Position numbers and translations under genes: made by a program. Below, piece by piece: positions 10,273 to 20,377 of a DNA stretch of 53,420 bases. Each line of letters begins with the position of its first letter. Position 1 is the first letter of the stretch. The DNA lies in the NCBI GenBank assembly GCA_039799905.1, contig JBDLRP010000003.1, positions 1 through 53,420 of the forward strand, written 5' to 3'. The notes beneath the pieces were generated by a model. It searched no databases. It was not told the DNA's origin and saw nothing but the letters and a program-made list of their open reading frames with translations. The stretch is from Pseudomonadota bacterium. Its GTDB lineage: Bacteria; Bdellovibrionota_B; Oligoflexia; Silvanigrellales; Silvanigrellaceae.

Positions 10273-13200
10273 TTGCCTTCGTTTTTTTCTCATCGCTATG
10301 CGTGCTGGGCGGTTGAAGCTACGCTTTTATTGTTCTTTGGCTTTGTCGCGAATTGTTTTGCGCATGCTGCTGATTCCAATCAAGGTCAACGTCCTTCGGA
10401 AGTTCCATCCATTGAGTTTTTTGTTGACGATAAAGCATGGGAGCCGCCCGATGACGTGAAGGCCGCTATTCGCTCGGCAAAGCCCGTCGATTTTTCGAAC
10501 ACGGTGATCCGCGTGCTTTTCAATAAACAGTCGCTGCAAAATATTGTTGTATGGAAGAGTACAACTGACTCTGGTGCGAAATACGAGGTGCGTGCGAACC
10601 GTTTGCCGCGTGTCGGAGAAATTGGATTTCGCGGTCTCTCTGCCTCACAGATGCAGCAGATCCGTCCGTTTATTCGTTCGCGTGTCGGACTTCCGTTCGT
10701 GAACGAGGAAGTGGAACGCGATCGTGATGCTATTCGCAATAAATTGTTTGAGCGTGGATACCGGCTTGCCGAGGTTGGTACACCTCAGGCGACGCAAAGC
10801 ATCAGTGGCGATCTTAAGCTGGTTTTTCCTGTCAGTCTCAATACACCATGCCGAATTGCAGAAGTTCGCACGGAGCCGGACGAAGGAGTTTTCGATTATT
10901 TTACGACTCCGATCGAGTTGGGATCTCTTTGTGACCGCGCCGCGATTGAAGATATTTTGGAGCGGCAGCGCACAAGGCTTTTGTCCGAGGGTTATCTTGC
11001 GAGTGAAGTGAATCTGCTTGGAATGGAAGTCACCGATGATGCTCAACGGGCATCGGTCAGATTGAGTTTATTGCGTGGTCCGCGCACGCGAATTGAGATT
11101 ATAAACAGACAGACCGGGAACATTTCCGATGCCTTAACTGAATTTCAGGAAAAGATTTCCGCTTACGATGTTATTTCGCTTTCCGATGAGGAACTGCGTG
11201 CCGATGTGAGGCGGATGTTCGTCAACCGCGGTTTTGCAACCACAGTAGTGACGGGGCCGACGCGGGTGACCGAGTCAAACGGTGATGCGGTGGTGCGCTT
11301 CTATGTTCAAACAGGCCCTTTGGTCATTGTCGGTGACGTGAATTTTATCGGCGAACTTCCAATACCCAAACAACAGGTCCTTGAACGTCTCGAGCTGCTG
11401 CCGACTTTTTTTTCCGGTGCTGTTCCCTATGTCGAAGAGTCGCTTGCACGTTATCGTGAAAAGCTCGCAATCTTGTATCTGGAGGAGGGTTTTGCAGACG
11501 TCAGAGTGGGTGACCCGGTAACGACATTTTCTCTTGATGGTCGTTCGGTGAAGCTTACGTTTGATGTGAAACCGGGTCTGCGTTCCGTGCTTCGCGATGT
11601 GACCATTCTGGGCAGACCTGCGGATTTCAACCTGACAAAGAACTTTCAGGAGCGCATCCTGCAGCCCGGACAACCGGTCAATGCGCAGAAATTGAAAAGT
11701 CTTGAAGACGAAGTTCGCATTGAGTTGATGAATTCGGGCTATGCGTATGCCCAGATTGACGTAAATGCAAAAGCCCTTCAGCCAGCAGGTGAGATCAAAC
11801 CGATTCAAGTGACAGTGGACATAAACTCCGGACCACTTGTGCGTGTTGGAAGGATTTATGCAGAGGGCGACAGCTTTGGAAAGCAGGAACGGATCATCTT
11901 AGAGAGTGGAATCAGGAGCGGTGACTTGTTTACACCCGACGCGCTTGAGCGCGGCCGTTCACGGATCCTCAAACATGATCTTTTTGACTCTGTCCTCATT
12001 GAGCCGCTGTCCTCTGATGCTCTGGCTCGGCGTGATGCAGTTTTAGATCTGGTCATCCGACTTTCCGCAAAAAGAAGTTACTCATTGGGATTAAGCCCGA
12101 GCTACGGGACTCGCAGCGGATACAGATTCAATGTTGACTTTGCAAAGAACAACCTGACAGCAGACGGCCTGCGTTTCACATCCACCCTCACATTGAGTCA
12201 GGAAAAGCTGCAGAATTCAGTTCTATCAAATCAACGAATCATGGGCCGCAAGTTAACTGTGGGTTTGCTTGAGCCACTTTTGCGCATTGGAAACCTGGTC
12301 ACACCGCTCGACTGGAGTGCGGTTTCGGGCATCGAAGTGTCCGCTCAAGCTCTTTCGGATCGTTACTTTGAGACCTATGAGACTGGTTTTTCCTGGCGGC
12401 CCTCGTTTTTCTCGAGCTCTTGGACGTTCCAAAGCAAGCTTGTTCATGAGTGGTCTATGGCATTTGGGCTCGACATCAAGCCTCTTGAGGCTTTGGAGCG
12501 TCCTACGGTGACCATTCGCGAGTATGTGTTGGCCGCCGCACTCGACACGCGAAACAGTCTTGAGTGGCCGACCCGTGGTGTGATTTTGGATGTTCATTCG
12601 AACCATGCACGTTTCGGTTTGAGTTCAAACGTTCAATACGATCGTTATAGTGTGGATACCGGTTGGTTTTTTCCTATCTTCAAACGTCTTTCCGGAGCTC
12701 TTAACATCGGCGGACTGAAAATTTCCGACGTCATAAATGCACAGGCTGAGGCACTGACAGCGCCAGGTTCGCGTCGTGCGACGCTCGCAGGTCGTGCGAT
12801 CGTGCGCGGGTTTCCCGAAGCCAGTAGCGCAGTCACACCCGGACCACTGCTGTGGCTGAATTATGTTCCTCCGGTTGCCAACCCCGCTCTTATTTGTCAG
12901 CCAACCCTGCGGCCTATTGGTGCTACGAACGTTTTATACTTGAAGAGTGAATTGAGGTTACGTTCGCCATGGCTAGACGACAGTCTCGGATTTGCCGGAT
13001 TCATTGACTCAGGCGCGGCGTTCTTTACGGGAAGTGAGCTCAGTGCCCTGCAGGCAAGACTCAAGGGTGGTGAGGGCGGTTTGGACGTCGGATCTGTCGA
13101 CCAGTGTGCGTTGAAGTCTGCCCAAGTCATCGGCGACAACCCCATCAAGGTTCTCGCCCGCGACGGCCTCAAGGAATATTACAAGAATAGCTACATCTCG

Positions 13201-13434
13201 ACCGGACTTGGCCTCCGGTACATCATTTCAAACTTTGCCTCCATCAATGTGGATGTCGGATTTCCGTTGCAAGAACCGGCTGATAGAGCGCTCGGTGGAG
13301 CGTGCCTGAGCCCTGCTGACGTGACCGGAACGAGCGAGTCTCCTCAATGTGTGAAAAGGGGTTCCACTTCCAAGTTGTTTGGTCTATTTCCCGTTCCGGG
13401 CGCCTATCATCTCGGAATCGGCGCAAATTTTTGA
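10273..13434 (+). CDS. Omp85/BamA-TamA family outer-membrane protein with multiple POTRA domains
   Basis: Repeated POTRA signatures (e.g. IGFRGLS, LYLEEGFADVRV, LMNSGYAYAQI), DTRNS..PTRG, VRGF loop motif, GLGLRY and terminal GIGANF. Confidence 0.9.
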   Translation: MPSFFSHRYACWAVEATLLLFFGFVANCFAHAADSNQGQRPSEVPSIEFFVDDKAWEPPDDVKAAIRSAKPVDFSNTVIRVLFNKQSLQNIVVWKSTTDSGAKYEVRANRLPRVGEIGFRGLSASQMQQIRPFIRSRVGLPFVNEEVERDRDAIRNKLFERGYRLAEVGTPQATQSISGDLKLVFPVSLNTPCRIAEVRTEPDEGVFDYFTTPIELGSLCDRAAIEDILERQRTRLLSEGYLASEVNLLGMEVTDDAQRASVRLSLLRGPRTRIEIINRQTGNISDALTEFQEKISAYDVISLSDEELRADVRRMFVNRGFATTVVTGPTRVTESNGDAVVRFYVQTGPLVIVGDVNFIGELPIPKQQVLERLELLPTFFSGAVPYVEESLARYREKLAILYLEEGFADVRVGDPVTTFSLDGRSVKLTFDVKPGLRSVLRDVTILGRPADFNLTKNFQERILQPGQPVNAQKLKSLEDEVRIELMNSGYAYAQIDVNAKALQPAGEIKPIQVTVDINSGPLVRVGRIYAEGDSFGKQERIILESGIRSGDLFTPDALERGRSRILKHDLFDSVLIEPLSSDALARRDAVLDLVIRLSAKRSYSLGLSPSYGTRSGYRFNVDFAKNNLTADGLRFTSTLTLSQEKLQNSVLSNQRIMGRKLTVGLLEPLLRIGNLVTPLDWSAVSGIEVSAQALSDRYFETYETGFSWRPSFFSSSWTFQSKLVHEWSMAFGLDIKPLEALERPTVTIREYVLAAALDTRNSLEWPTRGVILDVHSNHARFGLSSNVQYDRYSVDTGWFFPIFKRLSGALNIGGLKISDVINAQAEALTAPGSRRATLAGRAIVRGFPEASSAVTPGPLLWLNYVPPVANPALICQPTLRPIGATNVLYLKSELRLRSPWLDDSLGFAGFIDSGAAFFTGSELSALQARLKGGEGGLDVGSVDQCALKSAQVIGDNPIKVLARDGLKEYYKNSYISTGLGLRYIISNFASINVDVGFPLQEPADRALGGACLSPADVTGTSESPQCVKRGSTSKLFGLFPVPGAYHLGIGANF

Positions 13435-13447
13435 ATGGAAGCTGCGA

Positions 13448-14569
13448 ATGACCTTCAACTTGGAATCGCCTTCGTGCGACAGCCTGGCCGCCGCATCGCC
13501 CCTCAGTGAGTTTCCGCGAACGCGATTGTCAAACCTTGGGATCAGTTTTCCATTTTTGGTCGCTCCCATGGTCGGGCTGACCAATGTTGCCTTTCGTGAA
13601 CTCGTCAGATCGTACACGCCCCGCGGTCTCAATGCGCTGATGTTCACTGAGATGCTCTCGACGCGTCGCCTTCCTGATGAAAAATTATCAACCACAAACG
13701 AATTGAAGACGGCCGAGGGTGAGCAGTTTTTCATTCCACAGCTGCTTGGCAACGAAGAGGAATACATAGCTCCGAGCGTGCGTAAGTTACTTACCGTGAA
13801 TCCTTGGGGCTTCGACATCAACATGGGTTGTCCTGTTTCACATACACTGCGTCACAACTGGGGTGTGCGACTGATGGGCGACAAGGACTACGCTGCTCGG
13901 GTCGTGAGCTGGACCAAGTCTCATTCTTCACGTCCGGTGAGCGTAAAGTTACGTGGCGGTAACGGTGACAACGAGTCGCTCGAGTACCTGCTTGAGTTCA
14001 CAGAGTCGCTCGAGAATGCAGGTGCAGACTGGCTGACGGTGCATCCGCGCCCGAGAGCCCAACAGCACAAGGGTAACGCAAATTGGGATCTGGTTCGTGA
14101 GGTTGCGCGCGCGAGAAAGGTGCCGGTGGTTGCAAACGGCGACATTCAAACCGCCGATGACGCGCTGCGTATGTTGCGCGAGTTTTCTGCTGACGGTGCA
14201 ATGATAGCGAGGGCCGCCACCGCCCGCCCATGGATTATGTGGCAGATCGCAGAGCGGCTCGGTTATCGGGCGAAGCCGGTAGGACACGAAGAAAATTCAT
14301 GCCCGTGGAGCAGCGAGGAAGAGGGGCGCGAGTATATCAGGGCATGTTTGAGACTCGTCGGCTTTATGAAGCTCTACTTTCCACAAGAGGAATACTGTCT
14401 TGAAAAGTTCAGATTCTTTGCGGCGACAGGTGCGCGCTGGTACCAATTCGGTCATGCTTTCTGGAAGCTGACAACCAAAGCCAAATCGCTCTCAGAACTG
14501 ACTGATTCTATTGAAGATTTCGGCAGTCGCTTCGAAAACCCTTCCTACTCGCGGGTCAAATTCCTCTAA
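13448..14569 (+). CDS. tRNA-dihydrouridine synthase (Dus family)
   Basis: VAPMVG, FTEM, DINMGCP, PVSVKLR, LTVHPR and PVVANGDI motifs. Start placed at ATG 13448. Confidence 0.93.
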   Translation: MTFNLESPSCDSLAAASPLSEFPRTRLSNLGISFPFLVAPMVGLTNVAFRELVRSYTPRGLNALMFTEMLSTRRLPDEKLSTTNELKTAEGEQFFIPQLLGNEEEYIAPSVRKLLTVNPWGFDINMGCPVSHTLRHNWGVRLMGDKDYAARVVSWTKSHSSRPVSVKLRGGNGDNESLEYLLEFTESLENAGADWLTVHPRPRAQQHKGNANWDLVREVARARKVPVVANGDIQTADDALRMLREFSADGAMIARAATARPWIMWQIAERLGYRAKPVGHEENSCPWSSEEEGREYIRACLRLVGFMKLYFPQEEYCLEKFRFFAATGARWYQFGHAFWKLTTKAKSLSELTDSIEDFGSRFENPSYSRVKFL

Positions 14570-14607
14570 AGCTGGGAAAGATATTCTTATTCGGAAACCG
14601 ACGGTCC

Positions 14608-15354
14608 ATGTCAGAATCCGGAAGGGGCAGCATTATTCGCTTCTTTCGCTGGGGTGGGCTTGCAATGATCAGATATTTCGATTCTCGCCTTGGTTCACGG
14701 CCACCGCTTGGGAGAGCGATCGCATTCATCGCAGCCGCGTTGTGGCAGTGGTGCCCGGCACATGCGGCAGAGCTCTCGGTTGAGAGCGAGGTCGATGCCA
14801 CACCAAGTGAACTCCGTTTACTTTCGGATCGCGCCAAGTCGCTCGAGGCAAAAATAGGCGAACTGGAAAAAAGAATTGCCGATGCGCAAAAGACGATTTT
14901 TGGTTCAACGGAAACAGCGGTCATTGACTACCGGCTTGAGCTCAAGCCTCAGGTCCCTTCTGCAGGAGTTGGGCAGTCCGCAAAACCTCTCATAGTGAGT
15001 CACGTTCGCTTGTCGATGGACGGTCGCCCATTTGTCTACACTCAAAGCGCGGTTGTCGTCAGTGAAAAATTCCCACTCCCATTGTTCATCGGAAAAATCT
15101 CCGAGGGCCCGCATCAAATCAGACTGCAGTATCAGGTTGCGCCATTTTCAGAAGAATTAATGACGTCGTCTCAAAGGGGCTGGCGAACGGTTGATCAGGT
15201 TCTTAATCTAGAAATCGTTGCAGCCGCTGGAAAACAGCAAGTACAACCAATCCGGATAAGCGAAGATATTGCTTTGCTTTCGCCATTGCGCGAAACGGAA
15301 AATACACCCGATTCACAGCCTCGTGTCATCGAAAAAATGCGGGAGGAAAGGTGA
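14608..15354 (+). CDS. Secreted hypothetical protein (coiled coil plus beta-sandwich-like domain)
   Basis: Signal-peptide-like stretch ending AHA, heptad region (LEAKIGELEKRIADAQK), then beta-rich segments. The stop overlaps the next start (GTGA). The true start may be ATG 14665. Confidence 0.6.
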   Translation: MSESGRGSIIRFFRWGGLAMIRYFDSRLGSRPPLGRAIAFIAAALWQWCPAHAAELSVESEVDATPSELRLLSDRAKSLEAKIGELEKRIADAQKTIFGSTETAVIDYRLELKPQVPSAGVGQSAKPLIVSHVRLSMDGRPFVYTQSAVVVSEKFPLPLFIGKISEGPHQIRLQYQVAPFSEELMTSSQRGWRTVDQVLNLEIVAAAGKQQVQPIRISEDIALLSPLRETENTPDSQPRVIEKMREER

Positions 15355-17297
15355 AGAATTGTTGCGAAAAAATTTTTCGCCGTCTGAAGTTTCTGCCGCT
15401 GACAATTGTTTTTTGCGGAACTGCAAATGCTTGGGCAGCAACGCAACAGATCGAGCGGCTCGAGTCGGCCAGTTGGACCGACGCACGTGGGTGGGTTCAA
15501 CATTTAAACGCATTGCGCCAGAGTCCGAAAGACTGGCGTAGTGCACTCAGCGGATCAGACGATGCATCCATGCCAGCTTCATTTTCGCAGTGCCTGAGCA
15601 AAGAAAGTGAAGATGAAAGAATAGCTGCGCGTTGCGCTGGTCTTGCATTGGCAGTGGCACAAAATGCGTTTCAAAGAAATGTGCGAGTCGATGAAGAGCT
15701 CATTCACAAAGTTGACATCTTTGCAGCGCTACTAAAGAAATCGAATAATTCAGTTCCATGGTCGGCATGGTTGCGCCTGGCATCCGTTCAGGCACTGGCC
15801 GGAAATCTGGTTGCCGCAAAAGAGTTTATTGCTCATGCGCGTTTAGCCGCAGGCCGCAGCGGCAATGCTGAAAAGTGGATGAGTGACAGGCTCGATGTTT
15901 TCGAGCGTATACTTTCGTCACTCATCAGCAGCAAGAACTCGATACATCCTCGCTTGGCAGACTCTGATGGATTCGTTCCCGCAGACACACAGGCGAATTT
16001 CATCTTGGCACGGGCAAGAAAGGCTCTGCAGGAAGGAAAAGCAATTTCTCTGCAAGAACCTTCTGACCGCACCGCTCTTGATCAGTTGATTTCCGACCTC
16101 ACACGCAGCCGTTGGATCTTGAGTCACGATCGCAGCGAGGTTGCAAATTTAAAAGAGCAGGTTTTGAATTCACAATTGAATCTGCAGTCGGTTGGTCGAA
16201 TCGACTCGATTGTCAATCAGCACAACTTTAAGACACCTGAATGGCAGGCTATCATTGCTCTGCTCTCAGGTATTTCGGCAAAAGTTGAGGTCATCTCCAG
16301 AAACGATGGTCTCTTCTTGCCCTTCGAGCTCTGGCTGACAGCAGCAGCAAATCCGCAGCACGGTTTGTCCATAGATGAAGACAAGTTCCTGCTGGCGAAA
16401 AATCACATCCTCGACGAGTATATCAGGCGGCTGGGCCCTTTGATGGCTGAGTTTCAGGAGAGAGCTTCCGACAGCGAGGATCAACAGCAGTATCAGGCTC
16501 TCGCAGCACGCATGGAGGGAATGAATTCCGCAGTAGGAATCATTTTGAACAGCGTGCCCGCTACAGAAAAGCAGCAGAGAATTCTTTTAATTATGGAAGA
16601 GCTCCGGACTTCGGATGCAAAATTGCGCGAACTTCATTCGCGACTTGCTGCGCTGGATTTGTTGATCTCTCCTGCGTCGAGCGAAGTTAATTCTGCGCTT
16701 GATTTTTCCCGTGAACTTGAAGCGCTGAGATCCGAACGACGTGCGCTTGTTGCCGACTTTCTCAGTACAACGGGAAATCTGATGCCTATGACTCTCGCCC
16801 AGTTCGAGTCTTTCAAAGATCGGCTGATGCAGGTGAAAAAGACACTCGCTGACTTTAAGATACTTCTAAAAGGTGCAGACAACTTGGACATTGAGAGAAG
16901 TCAGGCGGGAATTTTTCTCGCAGAGTCGGAGAAGTTTCTTTCACTTTTGCTCGCAGATTCCGAGAGGCATCTTGTGGGAAAGACGGCCTCGGTTCGAAAA
17001 GTGTCCGCAGGATTCCGGCAAATCGTTTCAGACATTGCCCTGCTCCGGACTGAGCTGAACAAATTTGTCTCCTCCAGCGCTGAGTCTCTCAAACCAAAAC
17101 TTCTCAAGATTCTTGCAGATGTTGATTTGGAGCTATTTAAGCGGCAGAGGGAACTTGAGCTCCAAGAAGAGGTGGTTCGCTCGAAGATTCGCGGACTGCT
17201 TTCGGATGAGCTCAAAAATGCAAAGTGGCGACGCGACAGAATCAACGACACCCGCAGAATTCGCAGCGAGAATCTGGAGTGGAGGGCCGGTCCATGA
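15351..17297 (+). CDS. Secreted all-helical/coiled-coil hypothetical protein
   Basis: 648-aa ORF with a signal peptide (..TANAWA) and long heptad repeats in the C-terminal half. Translationally coupled on both sides. Confidence 0.65.
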   Translation: MKNCCEKIFRRLKFLPLTIVFCGTANAWAATQQIERLESASWTDARGWVQHLNALRQSPKDWRSALSGSDDASMPASFSQCLSKESEDERIAARCAGLALAVAQNAFQRNVRVDEELIHKVDIFAALLKKSNNSVPWSAWLRLASVQALAGNLVAAKEFIAHARLAAGRSGNAEKWMSDRLDVFERILSSLISSKNSIHPRLADSDGFVPADTQANFILARARKALQEGKAISLQEPSDRTALDQLISDLTRSRWILSHDRSEVANLKEQVLNSQLNLQSVGRIDSIVNQHNFKTPEWQAIIALLSGISAKVEVISRNDGLFLPFELWLTAAANPQHGLSIDEDKFLLAKNHILDEYIRRLGPLMAEFQERASDSEDQQQYQALAARMEGMNSAVGIILNSVPATEKQQRILLIMEELRTSDAKLRELHSRLAALDLLISPASSEVNSALDFSRELEALRSERRALVADFLSTTGNLMPMTLAQFESFKDRLMQVKKTLADFKILLKGADNLDIERSQAGIFLAESEKFLSLLLADSERHLVGKTASVRKVSAGFRQIVSDIALLRTELNKFVSSSAESLKPKLLKILADVDLELFKRQRELELQEEVVRSKIRGLLSDELKNAKWRRDRINDTRRIRSENLEWRAGP

Positions 17298-20200
17298 AAT
17301 TGGCTCGATTTGTTGGCTCCGTGCGATCATTTATTTGTTCGAGCGCTTTGCTGGTTGCTGTTTTATGCGCTGTTTCTTCAGCATCAGCCCAAAACCGTGT
17401 CCGCAATTTCGAGGGGGTTTCGTCATTTGACCTCTCCCGGTCTCTTTTGCGCGATAATTACGACGTTTGGGCAGGCGAGCTCATGAACAATCTCCTTGTT
17501 GAGAGCGTGAAGAAAATCGCACCTCTTCAGGAAGAAATAGGCCGGATTTCAGAAGATGAGAAGCAGTTGTCTGTGCGCATTCGCAGCAGACTCGAGGAAC
17601 TCTATTCGAGTCCCGTGGTAGATGAAACCAGTGTGCGGGCTGCTATTCTTCTCGCCGATATGTCTGATGCCAAGAAGCGCAAAGAGTACATTCGTAACGC
17701 AGTGAGAATGGCGCAGACAGTAGCACCGGGAAGTCTGACAACTTTGCGGGTTGGTGTGGTGTATTTGTCTGGACTTCTTGCTCAGCGAGAATTTTCCGAC
17801 GCCTCGCGCTTTTCGCCGCGTTTGAGCGAGCTTGCCGGTCAGAGTGCGTTGCGCGGAGAGTCGGAAACGTGTCTTGCACAAATCCTCATTGGTGACGTCG
17901 AATTTGAGGCTGGGAACTATTCAGCAGCAGAGTCGAACTATTTAAATTCTCAGTCCTGCTGGGAGGCTGCGACATCAATCCAATCACGGTCTTATGTTCA
18001 CCTGCTTCAGCTGCGTCTGGCCTGGTCGGCGTTCAGGCTCATGAAGTACTCCGAAACAGTCAACCGGCTCGAGCAGTTGGCATCGTGGCCTGAGTGGAAC
18101 AGAGATTCTATTTCGCCGGCTTTGAAGGCGGATTTGGGCGTGATGCTTGGTGTCGCCCTCAGTGAAATCGCCCCGGCTTCGTTTCCGACCTCTTGGTTGA
18201 CCCGACTGTCGCGCGATCACTGGGTGGCCGACGGCCTCATCAAGACGATCAAGTATCTCATTCAGAAGGAGCAGTTCAAACAGGCGGTACGCTGGGCTGC
18301 GGTGCTCGAGCCCTATCTCTCAATTCACAGACTTGCACCCGATTATTTCACTTTTTCGATCGAGGCACTGGAAAAAGACGGATCCATTGAGTCGATGAAC
18401 GATCTGAAGAGTCGAGCTGTCATAGCACTCCATCCGCATGGTGCACTTTCGCGGATATTGGCTCTGGACGCATCAGCCGACGCAAGGCGCAGGGCTTTGT
18501 TGTCCGATTGGGCACGGGCGGTGATTTCATTTCATGCTCAGCAGGATGTCGCAGGAATCTCGCCCTCGGCACTCGGTCAGGTTTTTCGCGTGGCCGAGAG
18601 TCTCTATGAAGACAATATTGATGTCTGTTCGGTTGTCGAACCACTGCTGTTGGCCCATCGGACGCTGGCTGCGGCGTCCCACGAAAGCTTTTCGGAGCGT
18701 ATCTCCGGCTGGGTCACGAACTGCACAATGAGTATGCGCCAGCGCCGAGACCTCGTGCTTGCCAGAATAGAAATGTACCGCGCTCTCAGTAAGCTTTCGC
18801 AGCGCGATCCTGAGCCGTGGAAGAAGTATTTTGAGCTGGCGATGGGTGCGACGGGCAGTCTGACGGATGATACCGAGATTCGCAGAATGGCCATAGAGTT
18901 GTTGAACGACGCCATTGAAAGAAGACAGTTCCAGGATGCGGAGCGGATCTTTTTGCATCAGAGTTTGAGTGTCGACATCAAATCCGAGAGTTCACACTGG
19001 GAATTGGACGCGCTTGTTGCCGCTGCGGAGAGACTTTTCTCCTTGCCTGCAATCAGTCCGCAATTGCAGGAGGCAGGTTGGGTTTTACAACGGAGCCTTG
19101 CGCAATCCAGTGCACCATTCAATCCCCGTCGGCAAAAGGTTGAAGCTATCATTGCGTTCGCAGAGTCAAGAACTGCAATCGAATATCGGCGCAGCGGCAA
19201 TGTCCAGAAGTCTGTGTCGAGACTTTCCGAGAGTGCCGAGAGATTTGCGGCGGACTCCGCCTACGGCCGTGATCTATTGTTTCGCGCCGTGCAGGAGTCG
19301 TGCTTGTCGTCGCTGGACAGGCAGTGTCTGGCGCTGTCCGAACGGTTTCTCAGTCTTCCGTCTTCCACCGCCCACGAGACGTTCCTCGTCTCGCACTGGC
19401 GTGCGGAGCTTTTTACGCGCAGTGGAAGATTCTTGGGTGCCGGCCAGCTCTGGCTATCCAGTTTTCAGTTTGCACTTGATTCACAGCGATCAGAACTCAT
19501 CAAACTCGCCAAGGACAACGTCGTTCGTGCCGGCGACATTTTCGCTGAACTCAGGTTTTGGAGCGAGGCGCTTCAGGCACGCGCCGCACTGACGAAGATC
19601 TCTGCCCAAACGGGCGAGGTTGCCGGCACACATGAGTCCCTTTTGCGCTGGACTCTGCAGGCCGCATTCGTCGACGCTCTCGATGTTGCCTACTCGATGA
19701 GCCGAGATTTGACCTTGTGGTTGCCGTCGGAGAACAAGAACGGAAATCGAGCACAGAAAGCTGCGGGTGCTGCTGAGGTTGTAGGTCGCTTGACCGAGTC
19801 GTCGCTGATTTCGATGGCTGGCGGAAAGTCGCCGTCCGCTTACCGCACTCAACTGGCGGACACTTTGAAATTACTTGATCTCAACCGTGGCAAGCTGTTT
19901 GTTTCCGATCGGAAATTGGAGAGCCTTGCTCACCGCTTTCTCGCTGCCGCATCGCGTCATTGGCAGAATGGTGTCCTTGAGGAAGGCGAGTTTTTCTCGC
20001 GCGTCGCGGAGGTCGACGGTTTGGAAACTGCCGTGCGCAGATTGGCCGATACATTCACCGATCTTGTTGGAAATTGCCGTGTCTTCAGGAAGCATAGCCT
20101 TGCACCTGACTGTCTGACCGTCATCAGCAAGTCATATTCACTTTATTCTGATCGGATCCAACAGACGACTGAGCGCATTGGCGGCTCTGATCCTGTGCGT

Positions 20201-20377
20201 CTGCGCCGCTTGGACGGACGTTTGGCTGTGTTGCGAAATCAGGTCGCATCACTTGGACTTTCGGGTGCAGATCGCGCGACGAATGATCGCGCACCGCTGA
20301 GCGGATTCGTTGAGCGGCGGCTTGATGTTTTGGGAGCCGAAGGAAGAGCAACCTCAGATCAACGGAGCGGCAGATGA
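17294..20377 (+). CDS. Large secreted TPR-like/alpha-solenoid protein
   Basis: Signal peptide (..SSASA) and TPR-like motifs (AQILIGDVEFEAGNYSAAESNY, LRLAWSAFRLMKYSETVNRL). ATG 17294 has GGAGG upstream and overlaps the previous stop. Confidence 0.7.
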   Translation: MKLARFVGSVRSFICSSALLVAVLCAVSSASAQNRVRNFEGVSSFDLSRSLLRDNYDVWAGELMNNLLVESVKKIAPLQEEIGRISEDEKQLSVRIRSRLEELYSSPVVDETSVRAAILLADMSDAKKRKEYIRNAVRMAQTVAPGSLTTLRVGVVYLSGLLAQREFSDASRFSPRLSELAGQSALRGESETCLAQILIGDVEFEAGNYSAAESNYLNSQSCWEAATSIQSRSYVHLLQLRLAWSAFRLMKYSETVNRLEQLASWPEWNRDSISPALKADLGVMLGVALSEIAPASFPTSWLTRLSRDHWVADGLIKTIKYLIQKEQFKQAVRWAAVLEPYLSIHRLAPDYFTFSIEALEKDGSIESMNDLKSRAVIALHPHGALSRILALDASADARRRALLSDWARAVISFHAQQDVAGISPSALGQVFRVAESLYEDNIDVCSVVEPLLLAHRTLAAASHESFSERISGWVTNCTMSMRQRRDLVLARIEMYRALSKLSQRDPEPWKKYFELAMGATGSLTDDTEIRRMAIELLNDAIERRQFQDAERIFLHQSLSVDIKSESSHWELDALVAAAERLFSLPAISPQLQEAGWVLQRSLAQSSAPFNPRRQKVEAIIAFAESRTAIEYRRSGNVQKSVSRLSESAERFAADSAYGRDLLFRAVQESCLSSLDRQCLALSERFLSLPSSTAHETFLVSHWRAELFTRSGRFLGAGQLWLSSFQFALDSQRSELIKLAKDNVVRAGDIFAELRFWSEALQARAALTKISAQTGEVAGTHESLLRWTLQAAFVDALDVAYSMSRDLTLWLPSENKNGNRAQKAAGAAEVVGRLTESSLISMAGGKSPSAYRTQLADTLKLLDLNRGKLFVSDRKLESLAHRFLAAASRHWQNGVLEEGEFFSRVAEVDGLETAVRRLADTFTDLVGNCRVFRKHSLAPDCLTVISKSYSLYSDRIQQTTERIGGSDPVRLRRLDGRLAVLRNQVASLGLSGADRATNDRAPLSGFVERRLDVLGAEGRATSDQRSGR

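Noticed and set aside
11406..11413. T8 run in the Omp85 gene as a phase-variation site
   Set aside because: Short, in frame (Thr-Phe-Phe-Ser), and in a probably essential gene with no other support.
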